From Eutreptiella sp. 'Long Island Sound 2002' (Eukaryota > Protista > Euglenida): a stretch of 64,000 nt of DNA. The DNA lies in assembly GCA_964036045.1 (NCBI GenBank), contig OZ038378.1, positions 130,448,001 through 130,512,000 on the forward strand, written 5' to 3'. Below, piece by piece: positions 20,324 to 32,606 of this stretch. How positions within the stretch are numbered: position 1 is the first letter of the stretch; every line of letters starts with the position of its first letter. Under the pieces are notes generated by a model. The model saw nothing but the letters and a program-made list of their open reading frames with translations, searched no databases and had not been told where the DNA came from. The position numbers were made by a program, and so were the translations under genes.

Positions 20324-22246
20324 ATGTCTAACAACTCCTTGCCCAACACATCGCCGCCGTACAACATGGCTGCCAATGCTCAAGTTCCTATCTCACAAGC
20401 TCCCCAATACCACAACAACCCGCCGACGATGCTGCCGCAACTGAACCCGGGCTCAATGCCAGGAGCCACTCCGTTCATGCATCAATCACCGACGCCAGAA
20501 ACCAGGACCCGCCTCCTACGTTTTTCCGCAAACAGCTGCAAGCGTGCCACCATCCATCGCTCAACCTAACACTGCACAGCTGGCCAATTTCATGTCGGCC
20601 TTCTTGGCTGCGCAAGGTACACCCCAGTCCACAGCGTCGTCTGCTACCTCGCCGTCCACAAACCAGCAACCATCGCCGACGAGTCCTCCTGCTTCAACAC
20701 CTCACCTTTCCCCCTTACAGCCTCAACAACTCTTCGGTTCACAGCAAGTGCAACCGACGCCACATCTGCCTACACACCAGTCCCACCAACAATCTGCCCC
20801 AGCGAGTGAACCTCCAGTTATGCGAATTTCAGGCGAACTTCCAGTGGGTACGCAGATGCTTTGGTGTGACGGCCTGTACTGCGGCTGGGGCAATCACACA
20901 ACCGCGCGCCACGCCGAAGCAATGGCTCTACAAGAAACCCATCCCGATACCGGCCCCATTTATTCACGAAAAGAGGGATCCTTCAACCCGGCTGCAATGA
21001 TCTGCAATTGCTGCGGAAAGACTGGGCACCAATTCAAAAAATGCCCACATGCGGGAAAGCCGGGTGCTGCCGAACGGATCGCCGAGGGCATCTTCAGGGT
21101 GGAAAATAAAAAGACGCGCACAAAAAACAACGTGGACGCGGTGAATTCGCTTCTCGCTGCTAAAGGAGTTGACACGCAAACGCTGTCGTTTCATGGAGAC
21201 TGTGGTGATGGAGGCACGCGCTCAGCGAATACCTCACCACCAGCCCCACGACCAGCTTCAATTCCATCACCTACAACCCCACTGGGACCATTGCAAGCGA
21301 CCACCCCAGACATGGTCACGTGCATGCTGCAAGCCCTGCAATTGTTTTCGCAAACCCACGCTCAGAATCCAGCACAACACCAGCCTCCACCTCTACACGT
21401 ACCTATAATTATAATGTACACCCACCTAGTCCTGGTTCCGCGTCGTCCCACAATCGGAAGTCCGTTGGCCGTACGTTGTCCCCAGTACCGGAGCCCACTA
21501 TCGACAACTCTTCAACCGCCTCGGGAGCACAGTCCATGTCATCAATCCCCTCCGCCGCATCGGGCGCTACCTCTGAAGGTCGAGACAGCCAGAAACGTGC
21601 CCGAGAACGCCCTCCAGCAGTGGATGCGGACGTCACCCCAAGCCCAGCGGCGAAACGGAAAGGACGGGCTGACGGCTCTAGCCCCAACTTTGCCATGCCA
21701 GTGGATGACACTGTCCAAGCGCTGTTTACCGGCCCCAACGAAGCTTCTTCCTCTGCCCCCCCGCCAGGTCCCGTTCCTGCCGAGGTTGCTACACTCCGTA
21801 CCGAACTAGCTGGACTGTCGACTACCCAGGAAGCCCAGAAGCAGCAACTCCGAGCCCTTGAAGCAAAAATGGACAAAACTGATAAAAAACCGGAACGCCT
21901 CATCGCGGCGCAGACGGCCCGGAAGTCGGCGGCCTGGCAAACACGAGGGGAAGTCGACGTTGCTGCCCAGAAGGCCTTGAAAGGCCACATCAGAAAAGCG
22001 GCCAAAGGCTCGAAGCTGTTCGCCATATCGTTGCAGGATGACGGGTTCTACAAGTATGGCCCTGTACTGGTACTCGAGGATTCCACGAAGGATTCATTCC
22101 TATTCACTACCCGCGTGGACTTCAAGGGGGCCGACGAAGAACTAGCCGACGACGACATGGGCTCATCCCCGTTCGCCTTCACCTTCCGGCAGGAAGCGGA
22201 CGCCCAGAGGGTAATCGTTGTCCTGAACGACATCCTGCGTGAGTAG
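20324..22246 (+). pseudogene. PLE-2 ORF1 (two frameshifts: 20324-20569, 20544-~21400, ~21400-22246), gag-like CCHC zinc knuckle plus coiled coil
   Basis: CDGLYCGWGNHTTARH; CNCCGKTGHQFKKC (CX2CX4HX4C); Q/P-rich tracts; EVATLRTELAGLSTTQEAQKQQLRALEAKM. Confidence 0.7.
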
Positions 22247-22354
22247 GACAAGCTATAGACCAGCGCCCTGAGCGATCCTGATGCAGGCTCTCCGAACACA
22301 AGTCCCCATGCACCTGAACACCAGCCGCCAGCTACCGCTCCGTTCTTCGAACGT

Positions 22355-23256
22355 ATGGCCAGTCTGGCCTCAGAGCTCCAACAACTGATCTCATTTCTTC
22401 ATGCGACTCCAGCTGCATATCACTGGAGTGAGCTGACTACAGCGGCGTCTACACTGTTCTCCGTCTGCGTGGCGTTTGTCAAGGATACCACCCCTGCGCA
22501 CTACCACACAACCCCACCACCTACAGCCGGATCCCACCCTCCGCATGGCCACCCCATACCACAGCAACGTTTGGATTCTCAATGGCTTCCTGACCAGAGC
22601 TATCCCCCACTACAACGACCCCGGGACCTCCAGCAACAACAATCGGACGACATCTTGCACCAGGCGTATGCTACAGCACTATCCGAGCGGAAGGACATTA
22701 CCAATGCTATTTCGGCCATGAGGACCTCTACTGAGGCCCATGAACTTGCCACGCCTGGCGCTATCTGTGCTCCCCATGGGACGTTCTTCGACCCCCGCAC
22801 CCCACTGCCGCGCTCTTGTGCGAAGCGACCCCTGCCTCGCTATGGCGTACCGCCCTGTTACGTTCACCGCTGCTGCAGCTGCTGTTCTCTCGATGGATGC
22901 ACAGGCATTGCAACAGCGAGTGGTACCAGTTTTCAGATGTACTCTTCCTAGAGTTCTGTGGGACATTCCAAGCCACCGTACAGGATGTCATCGGCTATGC
23001 GGCATCGGCCATGTGGCCGTCGTTCCTGTCCATCCACTGGGCCAATGTGCTGTTTCGTACCTTTGGCGTGGCGCACCAGTACGGACCCCAATCCCTGCTG
23101 TCACCGTTCTCTTTGTCGCAACACGCGACGTCGGCCGATCGCCCTGGAGTCCTCCTCCCACTACATACCACCTCAGCAGCAACCACGCACAGCGCCATAG
23201 AAGCCGCCTACGCTTCGGTGTGGAGTACACTGGCGACCCTCACACGCAACGATTAG
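22355..23256 (+). pseudogene. PLE-2 middle ORF(s), probably one frameshifted ORF2 of unknown function
   Basis: Overlapping ORFs 22355-22951 and 22816-23256 fill the gap between ORF1 and ORF3. No motif recognised. Confidence 0.4.
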
Positions 23257-23325
23257 CGCAGGCCAATCCCCTCGTGCATTTTCGCAGCACCCCACACATA
23301 CCAGGCGGAATACATACAACACCGT

Positions 23326-26300
23326 TTGGCATCTGCATCTCAGGTGCCTGCACAAAACCAGCCCCACATCACATTGCTGACTTCAGCCGTCCCCCTCTCA
23401 GCCCTTGTCTCCCGTCTAGCAGGCCCTGACTCCCAAGTCCGGCTATGGATGCTCTCCACCCGTAGCTCACCACCTGCTTTGTCCCCATCTGCCGCTATCC
23501 GCTTCCGCAATGTGTTTGCACCAGCCCTTAGACGCTATAAAGCCTTCCCCTACCGATCGGAACCTGTCCTACAAGGTGACGTTGGAATCCAGGGAAAAGC
23601 CCTCTGTAAAGCGGAATTCAGTCGTATCTGGGCAGCCGAGGTGACCGTCAGGCGCGATGCACTGTCACCCTGCTGGGACCCACGGAGGCGTGTGATCACG
23701 AGGCGAAGACGCAAATGGGAGTTGGTTGAGCGGTCCTGGGATAGAGTGAACTCCGCGCTTGATTATTCCACTGCCAAGCACATCCGAAAAATTGCTGACC
23801 TGCGCCTCACCAATGTGTCTGTGTCCCAACTGGGATCCTTTGTGTACGTTGCGTGGGTGAAAGGCGATGGCCGAGTATGTATTGGCCAAACCGGTGGGCG
23901 TTTCAAGAGACGTTCAGTAGGGCAACGAGGCCGCGAACACGTACGTACTGGTATGGACGTGGTGCGACTTCGACATGGACAAAAAATTCACGTGCCCTCG
24001 GACCTGTACCAGCTGCTGCGCAGGGTTGGCGTTGAAAACCTGGTCATTACCCCGCTTGAAAGTGTCCCACCCCATAAGTTGGATGAGTGGGAAATGTGGT
24101 TGATACGCAAGTGGGGACTAGGCCAGGTGCTCAACCGGCAACTACCCTCTCTCAAATCTGAAAAGTGGAGCTTTCTCTACCGGCGCAAAGTGTGGGAACG
24201 TGAGCTCCAGGAACGGGGCGGTTCAGTAATGAGCCTGGCCAGGGAAATTATCGCGTCACCGCGCACACTGAATACCCCAGGAGCCTACCCGCCTCCCCTG
24301 CAGCTTCTGGTCGTTTCCGCCAGTGAACGTCTCCTATCTGCCAGCGAACACCGACGGCTGTTTGATGCAGTGCAACAGTGGTTTATAATACACCACGAGG
24401 TGGTCTTGCCGTACAGGGTGCCCTTCCGAGTACCGCTACTGCAAGCCTCAGCGAAGCCTACAGTACTCGCAAAAATTACGGAAGTGTTTCGACCTGCACA
24501 TTTTTGGCCAGCGCCCCTGCAGGACTTCTTGCTGTCTCGTGTCAAAGTCATTTCAGGAAAAACAACGAAAGTGAAAAATCTGTTGATCTCTTCAAAACCC
24601 CCGGATGCATGCACCGATGTGTTGTTCCAACCGCAGCCCACCCGCTGTGCGTGCCATTCGCTGCAGCGCCATCCTCAAGTTGCCTACGTTCATGGACATG
24701 CGGTTTTTCGGGACCCCAACGTCCTGACCTCCCTGCACCGTCGCCTGTCACCAGCAGTGTTCGGGCAAAATCTCAAAAACTCCACAGTGCCTCCATGGCC
24801 ACGTATCTATGCCGACATTAAAAAATCGCTGTACAAGTTTGCTCAAACCCTCCCTGACCATCGAGCTGCAGTTTTTGACCAGCTGATTCTGCCCATCACA
24901 CGCGCGCTAGAGTTTGAATACCAGGCCATTAGCTCAGCAACTCCACGCCATATGCACTCCTCCTTTATCACCAGACAGCGTCGATTGTTGCCTCCTTTTC
25001 TGAAGGTTATGTTTTTTGACGAAGCCAATGAGGTGGTCGACTTTGGGTGTCATTTCTTCTTGAAAATTGTCCATGCGCAGCTCCTGTATGGGTCACCCCG
25101 GTTTCAAGAAGTTGCACGCTTCTCCAACAGCACTGATGCCAACTTTTTCCTGTTTTGGCGCACCATGGATGGTTTCTGTCTATCCCAACTAGGAACCTAT
25201 TTTGCTCTGTCCCGCCACAAAGGTCTTTCTGCACTACACCCTGACGAAGCCCTACGGGCCTTTGGCATTTTTCAGCGACACAAGAAAAGTACCATGTACC
25301 ACAATCAGTGCAAGTTGGTTGAAACCAGAGCCATCCACCAGTTGAAGCGGTCCTACCCACAGTGGGATCGCCTGGCACCCCCGACAGCACACCTCTTCCC
25401 GACACTCACGGCAGCACATCCTCGCAAACGAACCTTTCCTGACCCGTCGAGTTTGCCTACGTTCCAACCCACACCGCCTTTGCCTGACGGGTCTGCCTTT
25501 TTTATCCCTGTCTCAAAGGAACCCCCAGCTCAGCCTGCATACCACTACCCGTCTCGTCTCCTCCCTGAATCAAAACAGCCATTGGGAGTGCCCGATGTCC
25601 TGCCTATGCGCAAATTTAAGTCGAAGGAATTCGCAGTGCCCCAAGTTGTCAAGTTTCGTGAAATCGTTAGGCACGCGGCCTCACCGATAAAAATTACAGC
25701 CAAGTTTGTTAGCAGAGCCCTCACCGTGCTTTGGAAGTTAGCAATGACACATTGCCCAGCGTTTGAGTTCGTCGGGCTCGAGAGCTTCGTAGACCGGGTA
25801 CGAGAATGGCGAACCCGGGGATACACCGGCACGCCGACAGAGCTCGACTTAGTAGAAATGTTCCCCAATGTGCCCCGCGATGAAATCCCGGTGGCCATCC
25901 AGTTTTTCTACGACCGTGTGACTGAAGCTCTGAATCTGGGCCTAACAGCTTGGTTTAATTTGCACCGTGATAACCTACGGGCCCTGGATTTTTTCAGGAC
26001 GAAAAGCAAAAACCCGAGTTTCGTGTCCTTCTCTCTGAGTGACGTGCTGTCATACGTGGGTGTTGAACTCCTGTGCAACGACGCGTTCGCGTTTTATTCC
26101 AGCATATTTCGACAGACCACGGGTACCGCGATTGGAGGCAGTCTGTCTGCACAGTTTGCGAGCATGGTAGTCATGTATAGGGAAAAGGACTTGCACGCTG
26201 ACCTGTTCTTCCGAGACCTACCACTCTGCCGCTACCGGGATAACTACGGGACACTGTCGCCGAGTGCTGAATTTTTGTCCTCCCTGTGCACCCGGCCAGC

Positions 26301-26742
26301 CACCGCACTGGGCATGCAAGTCACAGTGGAAACACAAGGCACAGAAATTCCTTTTCTGGGTTGCACACTGGCATTTGACGAGCGAAATCTCCCCACTGCA
26401 CGCGTCAAACCGCCCTCCTTCTATTCTCAGCCTGGGGACTCCACGGCCTCCACCGTGCAACGCTGGGTTCATTGCTCTAGTCCCAATGCACGTCCCACCC
26501 TGCGCCCCAATATGTTCCGCTGTAGCCTCAAGTATTCCTTTGGTCGCAGAGACATCCTGGTGAACCTTATACGCTATACCGTCTCACTCCGTCTGTGCTA
26601 TCCCCCCGCGTGGTGGCGGCCTCTATTCCTGAAACGTGCAGATGCCACGGGAGTGGCCGATTTATTGCGAGCGGCGCTCTGTGTCCCGCTCCCACCCGTG
26701 CATGAGCCTGTAGCAAAGAATCAGTACGTCGCCAGAAAATAG
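23326..26742 (+). CDS. PLE-2 ORF3 (up to 1138 aa; first ATG ~23447): GIY-YIG, CxC, RT
   Basis: FVYVAWVKGDGRVCIGQTGGR..RGREH..DEWEMWLI..VLN; TRCACHSL; PMRKFK..KFREIV; ELDLVEMFPNV (A); RQTTGTAIGGSLSAQFA (B'); CRYRDNY (C); VETQGTEIPFLG (E). Confidence 0.92.
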   Translation: MASASQVPAQNQPHITLLTSAVPLSALVSRLAGPDSQVRLWMLSTRSSPPALSPSAAIRFRNVFAPALRRYKAFPYRSEPVLQGDVGIQGKALCKAEFSRIWAAEVTVRRDALSPCWDPRRRVITRRRRKWELVERSWDRVNSALDYSTAKHIRKIADLRLTNVSVSQLGSFVYVAWVKGDGRVCIGQTGGRFKRRSVGQRGREHVRTGMDVVRLRHGQKIHVPSDLYQLLRRVGVENLVITPLESVPPHKLDEWEMWLIRKWGLGQVLNRQLPSLKSEKWSFLYRRKVWERELQERGGSVMSLAREIIASPRTLNTPGAYPPPLQLLVVSASERLLSASEHRRLFDAVQQWFIIHHEVVLPYRVPFRVPLLQASAKPTVLAKITEVFRPAHFWPAPLQDFLLSRVKVISGKTTKVKNLLISSKPPDACTDVLFQPQPTRCACHSLQRHPQVAYVHGHAVFRDPNVLTSLHRRLSPAVFGQNLKNSTVPPWPRIYADIKKSLYKFAQTLPDHRAAVFDQLILPITRALEFEYQAISSATPRHMHSSFITRQRRLLPPFLKVMFFDEANEVVDFGCHFFLKIVHAQLLYGSPRFQEVARFSNSTDANFFLFWRTMDGFCLSQLGTYFALSRHKGLSALHPDEALRAFGIFQRHKKSTMYHNQCKLVETRAIHQLKRSYPQWDRLAPPTAHLFPTLTAAHPRKRTFPDPSSLPTFQPTPPLPDGSAFFIPVSKEPPAQPAYHYPSRLLPESKQPLGVPDVLPMRKFKSKEFAVPQVVKFREIVRHAASPIKITAKFVSRALTVLWKLAMTHCPAFEFVGLESFVDRVREWRTRGYTGTPTELDLVEMFPNVPRDEIPVAIQFFYDRVTEALNLGLTAWFNLHRDNLRALDFFRTKSKNPSFVSFSLSDVLSYVGVELLCNDAFAFYSSIFRQTTGTAIGGSLSAQFASMVVMYREKDLHADLFFRDLPLCRYRDNYGTLSPSAEFLSSLCTRPATALGMQVTVETQGTEIPFLGCTLAFDERNLPTARVKPPSFYSQPGDSTASTVQRWVHCSSPNARPTLRPNMFRCSLKYSFGRRDILVNLIRYTVSLRLCYPPAWWRPLFLKRADATGVADLLRAALCVPLPPVHEPVAKNQYVARK

Positions 26743-27017
26743 GCACCGTAGCAGGATAGCCAGTTGGTGTGAACCCTTGTAGCCCACGGCGAGCCTTCTT
26801 CACAAGTGACCACGTTGTGGCTTGAATTTTCGTTGAACCTATGTGTGAACGTGTTGCCCGCCATGGCGCCAGCACTGTCATGCCCTCTATTGCAGAAACC
26901 TGTCACGTGACGGTAGCGGTTTTTTCTCTTTGTGCATGCTCCCTGCTTGCCTTGTGAGGATCAACCCCCGCCAGACGAAGCAATAGAGTGGAGTTCAATC
27001 TTCAAAATAAATTTCGA
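26470..27017 (+). repeat. PLE-2 right pseudo-LTR
   Basis: Direct repeat of 19671-20227. Confidence 0.95.
26885..26988 (+). ncRNA. Candidate variant type-II hammerhead ribozyme (right copy)
   Basis: Same stems and core as 20095-20198. Differences between the copies within this motif fall in the stem I loop. Confidence 0.45.
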
Positions 27018-30000
27018 ACATCCCATACTCTTGTGTGATCACAACTCTGTAACAATACCCGGACTTAACAGCCTGAGACCTGACATCACCCATACCTCTG
27101 CGGTCATGCAGAGCAGGGAAGCTGAGCTCGGGGCCCTGGCTTAAGCAAACTTAAGTGACTCATGGGTCACTCCGTTTCGGAATCATGATGATTTAAGTTT
27201 TTACCCTTTTGGCCGGACTTATGGTTTCGGTGCGATTCATAGAGATCAAGATGCACCAAATGTCAAAAGAGGGAAAACTTATACACCACAACAACCAAAT
27301 GAGCACACATCCACAACACCGCATATCCTGAGGAGACTTGACAAAGTGCATGTAAGTGACTGTGATGTGGGTTGTGTTGGTGGGGCCTTTGCCACATTTT
27401 TAGCACAGTTTGGCCACAAAGCAGTCATTGTGTCCATGACATTGCGCCTTCGCTCGAAAAAGGGACACAGACACAGGGTTCGTCCTGATGTACTTTCTTG
27501 TGACGCCTCCACAAATGAACTCCGACGGCAGTTGGAATCCATCCCAAAAGATGCAGAAGACTGGTGGGATGTGTCAGCCTCCCTGATACGGGAGGCGGCA
27601 GCGCATTATAGCCCGGTTAGGAACGGAAATTCCAAAGGTGTCAGTCAGGTTGCCTCTGTATTATATCGAGCTGGGTCAAGAGAGTTTGTGGAGAGGGATG
27701 GGACTCGCTTCGCGATCGGGGAATGGAGCCACCAACACATGAGATTGCATACAAGGCACTGAGTCAAATTGTTGATAAATTACACCAAGATTTTGAGGGA
27801 CAAACTGTTTTGTGGAAACGGCAGGATCTTTTGACACAAGATGACGAATTCGATCTCAATTGCAGCGAAAGGGTAAATCAGGTATATAGGCTGATGAAAC
27901 AATTGAATAATCTCAGGAATGTGTGTGCGATCCGTGAGTCTGAACACATAATTACCAATCCACTGGATGTAGCGGGAAGGATGAAGGCTTCTGGAACACA
28001 GCAATGGTGCAGGGCACCAGCACGGTCTCGGAGATTACCGTGTATCTTAAAAGCCTTCCGAAGTTCCACAGACGTGCAGTGCAGTCAGGTTTGCTCCTGC
28101 GATCCTATGCTTACTCGCTGACAGCCATAGCACTCAACAGATTCAAAACATGACCTTCACCAGGTGAAGATGGCATACCTGCACACTTCTATCAGACCTT
28201 GGGTGAGAATTTCTTGCCTCAAATGCACTCCACTATACAACGCATTTTGGACACAAGAGTGATACCACCCAACTGGGTGGTAGGCTTGATCAATTTTGTT
28301 CCTAAGGTTACAGCAGGCCCACAATTGGAACAGCTGAGACCAATTGCACTGCAAAATGTAATACTCAAATGGTTCAGTAACATACTATTTCTAATGTTGG
28401 AACCCTGCATTGACTACCTCCTCCCCCTGTCTCAAAAAGGTTCCATTCGTTGTAGGAAAATCTTTGAGCATATTTGGGATACAATGGGAGGGTGGTTTCA
28501 CATGGAGCATGGTGCGTTCCTTTCGGTTGACTTCTCCAAAGCCTACGACACCATCCGGTTTAATTTCTGCTTTGCGATCTTTCAAGTCCTGGGAATTCTA
28601 CAGTCATTCAAGTCATGCAAGTCATTCTTGCACTGCTGCAAGGACCACGCAAATGCATTGTCAATGCACAAATTGTACATGAGATCATGCATGTGCCTTA
28701 GTCAGGAATTAGACAGGGTGATCTGCTCACAGCTTTTTTGTTTGTGCTTATGGTGGCCCCACTGTTGTATGATCTACAGCAGCACTGCCCCAGTGCAGTG
28801 CTAAGAATGTATGTTGATGATTTGGCTTTCATTTTCACAGGTCAGAGTATACAGATGCATGCTATGGTTATGTAGGTTTTTCAGAGACGGCGCATTTTTT
28901 CCAAGCTCTCCGGGCTAAAAATCAATGTGGACAAGAGCAAGGTGCTCCTCAAAGGGGACCTGAGCCCTGCTACCTACGAAGACACACAGCTACTCATAGT
29001 CTCCTAAGTGAAATATTTGGGAGTCTGGATTGGCAACACCACAACGGAACAGGCATTTGCTGAGTGTCTCGCAATAGCATTGAAACGAGCACAGTTTTTG
29101 CACAAGCTGCCGTTTGGTTTGAATGAAAGGGTACTGATTCTCAAAATTTGGATCCTGCCTCTCTTGAATTTCACGGCCCGAGCGCATCAGCCCAATGACC
29201 CGGTCATTTCACAACTCCGCAATATATATTGGGTGGTCTTCAAGCTTACCAGTTTGGTTGGTCACATTACCAATACTATCACAGTGGCTAGGGAAAGGGG
29301 GGTACAACCTACTACAGCAAGGGGCTTACCTGCACCCCCAATTTGCACACATGTTTGTCAGCTTCACTAGGCAAACACACAAACTATCGGCTGGCATCGT
29401 GCATCCAATCACAAACTGGTCCAAACACATTGGGCTGGTTCTTTATCCAGGGTTCTTGCCACTGCTGCAAATAGGCATCACAGAGTGGAAGCATGTGCCG
29501 TATTTGGGGTATTGGAGGCAAAAGTTTTTCTTGGCTCAAGCAGCGAGATCAACCGTACGCCTCACCACTGGTCTACCTGCAAAATCTACCTCTGTGGCAC
29601 GATGCACTGTGTCGAATTGAGAATCATCACACTCATCGCTGTGGTCAGCTGGTCAGGAAAGGAGTAGCATACTGGCACGACATCTCTCATGATGCCCTGA
29701 CTCAAGGAATTGTCCACACCTACAAATCCCCTACCGCATTGCCGCTAGGAGCTTGTTGCATTGTGCCCACTTAAATCCAATTGAACTCTCTTGTCCCAGC
29801 TTCTAGGAGACCCGGGGATCCCGAGATATGGTCAAACACATCCTTACTCTTCCTGTTGGATTCTGCAAAGAGTACTGTTTCCATGGAAATGCTTCAAGCC
29901 CAATCAGTATCCACGCCAGCTCAGGGATTTCATACATCCGGCGCCGTGGGGAAAACTTAGCAGAGAAGACATAGTTCAGCCACTGTCGCAGCACGTCATG

Positions 30001-31221
30001 GGATGTCCCATTTGTGGTGCCGATGAAGATAACCTGCACTTCCTTTTTCATTGCTCCCTGATTAAAGTAGCTGCTCATTGCATTGACAAGACTTTGCGTA
30101 GTTACATAGATGTGCATGGCATATCACACTCAATTTTGCAATTTGCAAGCACACATGAAGGAGAGACCCTCACAACCCTGCCGGGTAAAGTGCCGTGGAC
30201 AGCACGACAGGCGACGTGGGTCACACGTTGCCTATTCCGATTTAATGCATTGCCTGACAAACGCAAGTACCAGACATTTTTGTCTATATGGGGCCAGAAA
30301 CGAATGCAACTAGCCAGGTGGCCAGGTGCCAGCAACTTCTCGTCGTATTATCATTCTATACGTTATGCAATCCTTGAGCTCCTCAACACAGGTGCGTTCG
30401 TGCCGTGACTTTTCATGGGGGATTGGTCTTTCACCCAACAGGGCAGCCAGAGATCCAAACATCGCAAACTCAATAAGGAGGCAAGAGTGGCTCCGGCGTT
30501 GGCTGAGCTGCAACCATATCTGTATGGTGATTGGCTTGTATTTTACACACATGGGTCCTCTGTGCGTATAGATTTGGTGGGATGGGTCGGGGGCTTTGGT
30601 GTCTACTGTCCGCAGCTTAGGATAAAGCATGCCATGCGGAACCCGGAAGGAGAGAGGCAGACAAACAATCCGGCAGAATTATTTGCTGTGCTTTGGGTCT
30701 TGGAACGCTTCACCACCAGTAAAATTGTGACTGCGTTGGACAGCAAGATCGTAAATGACGCCATAAAGGGAGGGGTGCAGCAATGGAAAGACAATGGCTG
30801 GAGGTGCACGACAGGACCGGTGGGTAATGTACATTGCTGGTCTGCCGTGCTACACTTTTTGAACATGCTAGGGAGAGACCTCAGAATGGTCCTACTCCCC
30901 TCGCACTGTGACATCAGAGGAAATGAAGTGGCTAATGATTTGCCTGAATTGGGTAGGAGCCGCAATCCCCTTAATGTGACACATACAGACAGAATGCAAT
31001 GCAGAGCAGAGCTCCTCAATGAAACGCCTTTGCCTGGGAGGCAGCGACCCTGTTCTGGTTCAGATGGGACGCCAGCTCAGACAGACTTTGACACAGACTT
31101 TTACATTGATGTTGATGTGGGTGCGGACTCAGGCATCTGGGGCACACCGTTGCGCCCAGACGATCAAGACTTCCTTTCTACGGCTAAGGAATCAGATGTA
31201 GCCAGAAGGTTGTTCCAGTAG
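27018..31221 (+). pseudogene. LINE-R ORF2 remainder: APE C-terminal half, RT, zf-RVT-like region, RNase H
   Basis: HPILLCDHNS; FVPK..LRPIALQN..QKGS..SVDFSKAYD; GIRQGD (~28705); MYVDDLAF (~28810); KYLGVWIG; CPICGADEDNLHFLFHC; RNase H motifs FYTHGS..TNNPAELFA..LDSK..SHCDIRGNEVA. Many stops and frameshifts. Confidence 0.9.
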
Positions 31222-32417
31222 CAACAACCCCAATGGGCGGGTGCCTGGTGGCCTTTTGCCACTTGACGGCGGGCCGCTAGGCAACTTTTTGCCCACGAAG
31301 ATACTGCATCCATTTGATCTGTTGCCTGTCCACATTTGTACCCTTCGTGAACCGGCCGTTTGAATCCGAGATTCACGGTACCGTGAATTTCACCCAATTT
31401 TGCTGTGTTTTGCTCGTAACTTGGTGCTATCGTGTGCTTTTGTCGTGCTATCTTCGCCCAAAGTAAGATCCAACAAATGTGTGCAATTTACAGTTTTGAA
31501 GTAGCCGCATGGTTCAACACATTTGGTGAGATTGGCGTGAATGTGAAATTCACGCACCCAAATTCACGCATAAATTCACGCTAGATTCACAGATTCACGA
31601 GAATGTGAAATTCGCACGAATTTCGTACGAATTTCGTGCGAATTTTGTGCGAATTCGTACGAATCGGCCCCAATTTTGTCTTGTCACTGCTATTTGTTGC
31701 ACACATTGGATATTGAACAATTTGTTTTGTAGATCAAATCAAAACATTACACATTACATTTCTTAATCTTTGTTGCGTTGCTCACAAATTTGTTGGGAAG
31801 GGCATAGGTTATAGGTGATAGTGGATGCAGTGGTGGGGGGTCCATTGGGGTCAAACCATTGTTGCCTTGCTCACACAGTTGTTGGGAAGGGCAAAGGTGA
31901 TAGTTGCTAGTAGATGCATGAGGGTGGGGTGGGGGGGTCCACTGGGTCAAACCATAGGAGCGTAATCAACCACGTCTAGGGTTGGGAGGGGGGGGGGGGG
32001 GGCAAGGAGACCCCCCACTTACAGCCCCTGAGTGTCTGGGTGTGGGGTTATGAGGGTGTCTTGCTTGTTGCAGTGCGGTTAAGGTTAGGGAGGGTATCCT
32101 TTTTCTCTTCACAGGTTTTGTGTATTGAGTCGCTTCCCAATGGTGTTGCCTGGCTTCTCACCACAGTCAGCCGCATCGCGTCGCGGCACGGCCTGGCTCT
32201 GCAGGATCCAGCACGAGCATTCTGTAGAAGCGGTGATTGGGAGCACAGATTGTGGGGTATTGAGAGGCCTCTTCTTGTGCACTTTCCAATGTTGAACAGG
32301 GACGGCATTGCTATTTCAGGATTGCGTACAGATGGGGTGTAGCCTGTGCTGATATGAAAGCAAACAGGTATGTTTGTGTTTGTGTTTGGGTTTGTGTGTT
32401 TGTGTAGGGGTTTGTAT

Positions 32418-32418
<1 letters not shown>

Positions 32419-32513
<95 letters not shown>
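32419..32513 (+). repeat. (TG)n microsatellite
   Basis: Pure dinucleotide run of ~95 bp. Confidence 0.98.
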
Positions 32514-32514
<1 letters not shown>

Positions 32515-32559
32515 CGGGGGGGCAGGTATCGGGAAATGTGTGTGCTTGGTTCTTTGGTC

Positions 32560-32567
32560 ACCTCACG

Positions 32568-32606
<39 letters not shown>

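Larger units (their letters stand above)
19674..27017 (+). mobile_element. PLE-2: second multi-ORF Penelope-like element with N-terminal GIY-YIG
   Basis: Direct repeats at 19671-20227 and 26470-27017 that include the ORF3 3' end. ACAT occurs at both junctions. Removal restores the APE sequence NFEG|HPILLCDHNS. Confidence 0.9.

Noticed and set aside
32028-32037. ctgagtgtct resembling the core of a euglenid spliced leader as I recall it
   Set aside because: Only 10 nt match, with no flanking leader sequence or SL-RNA context; expected by chance.
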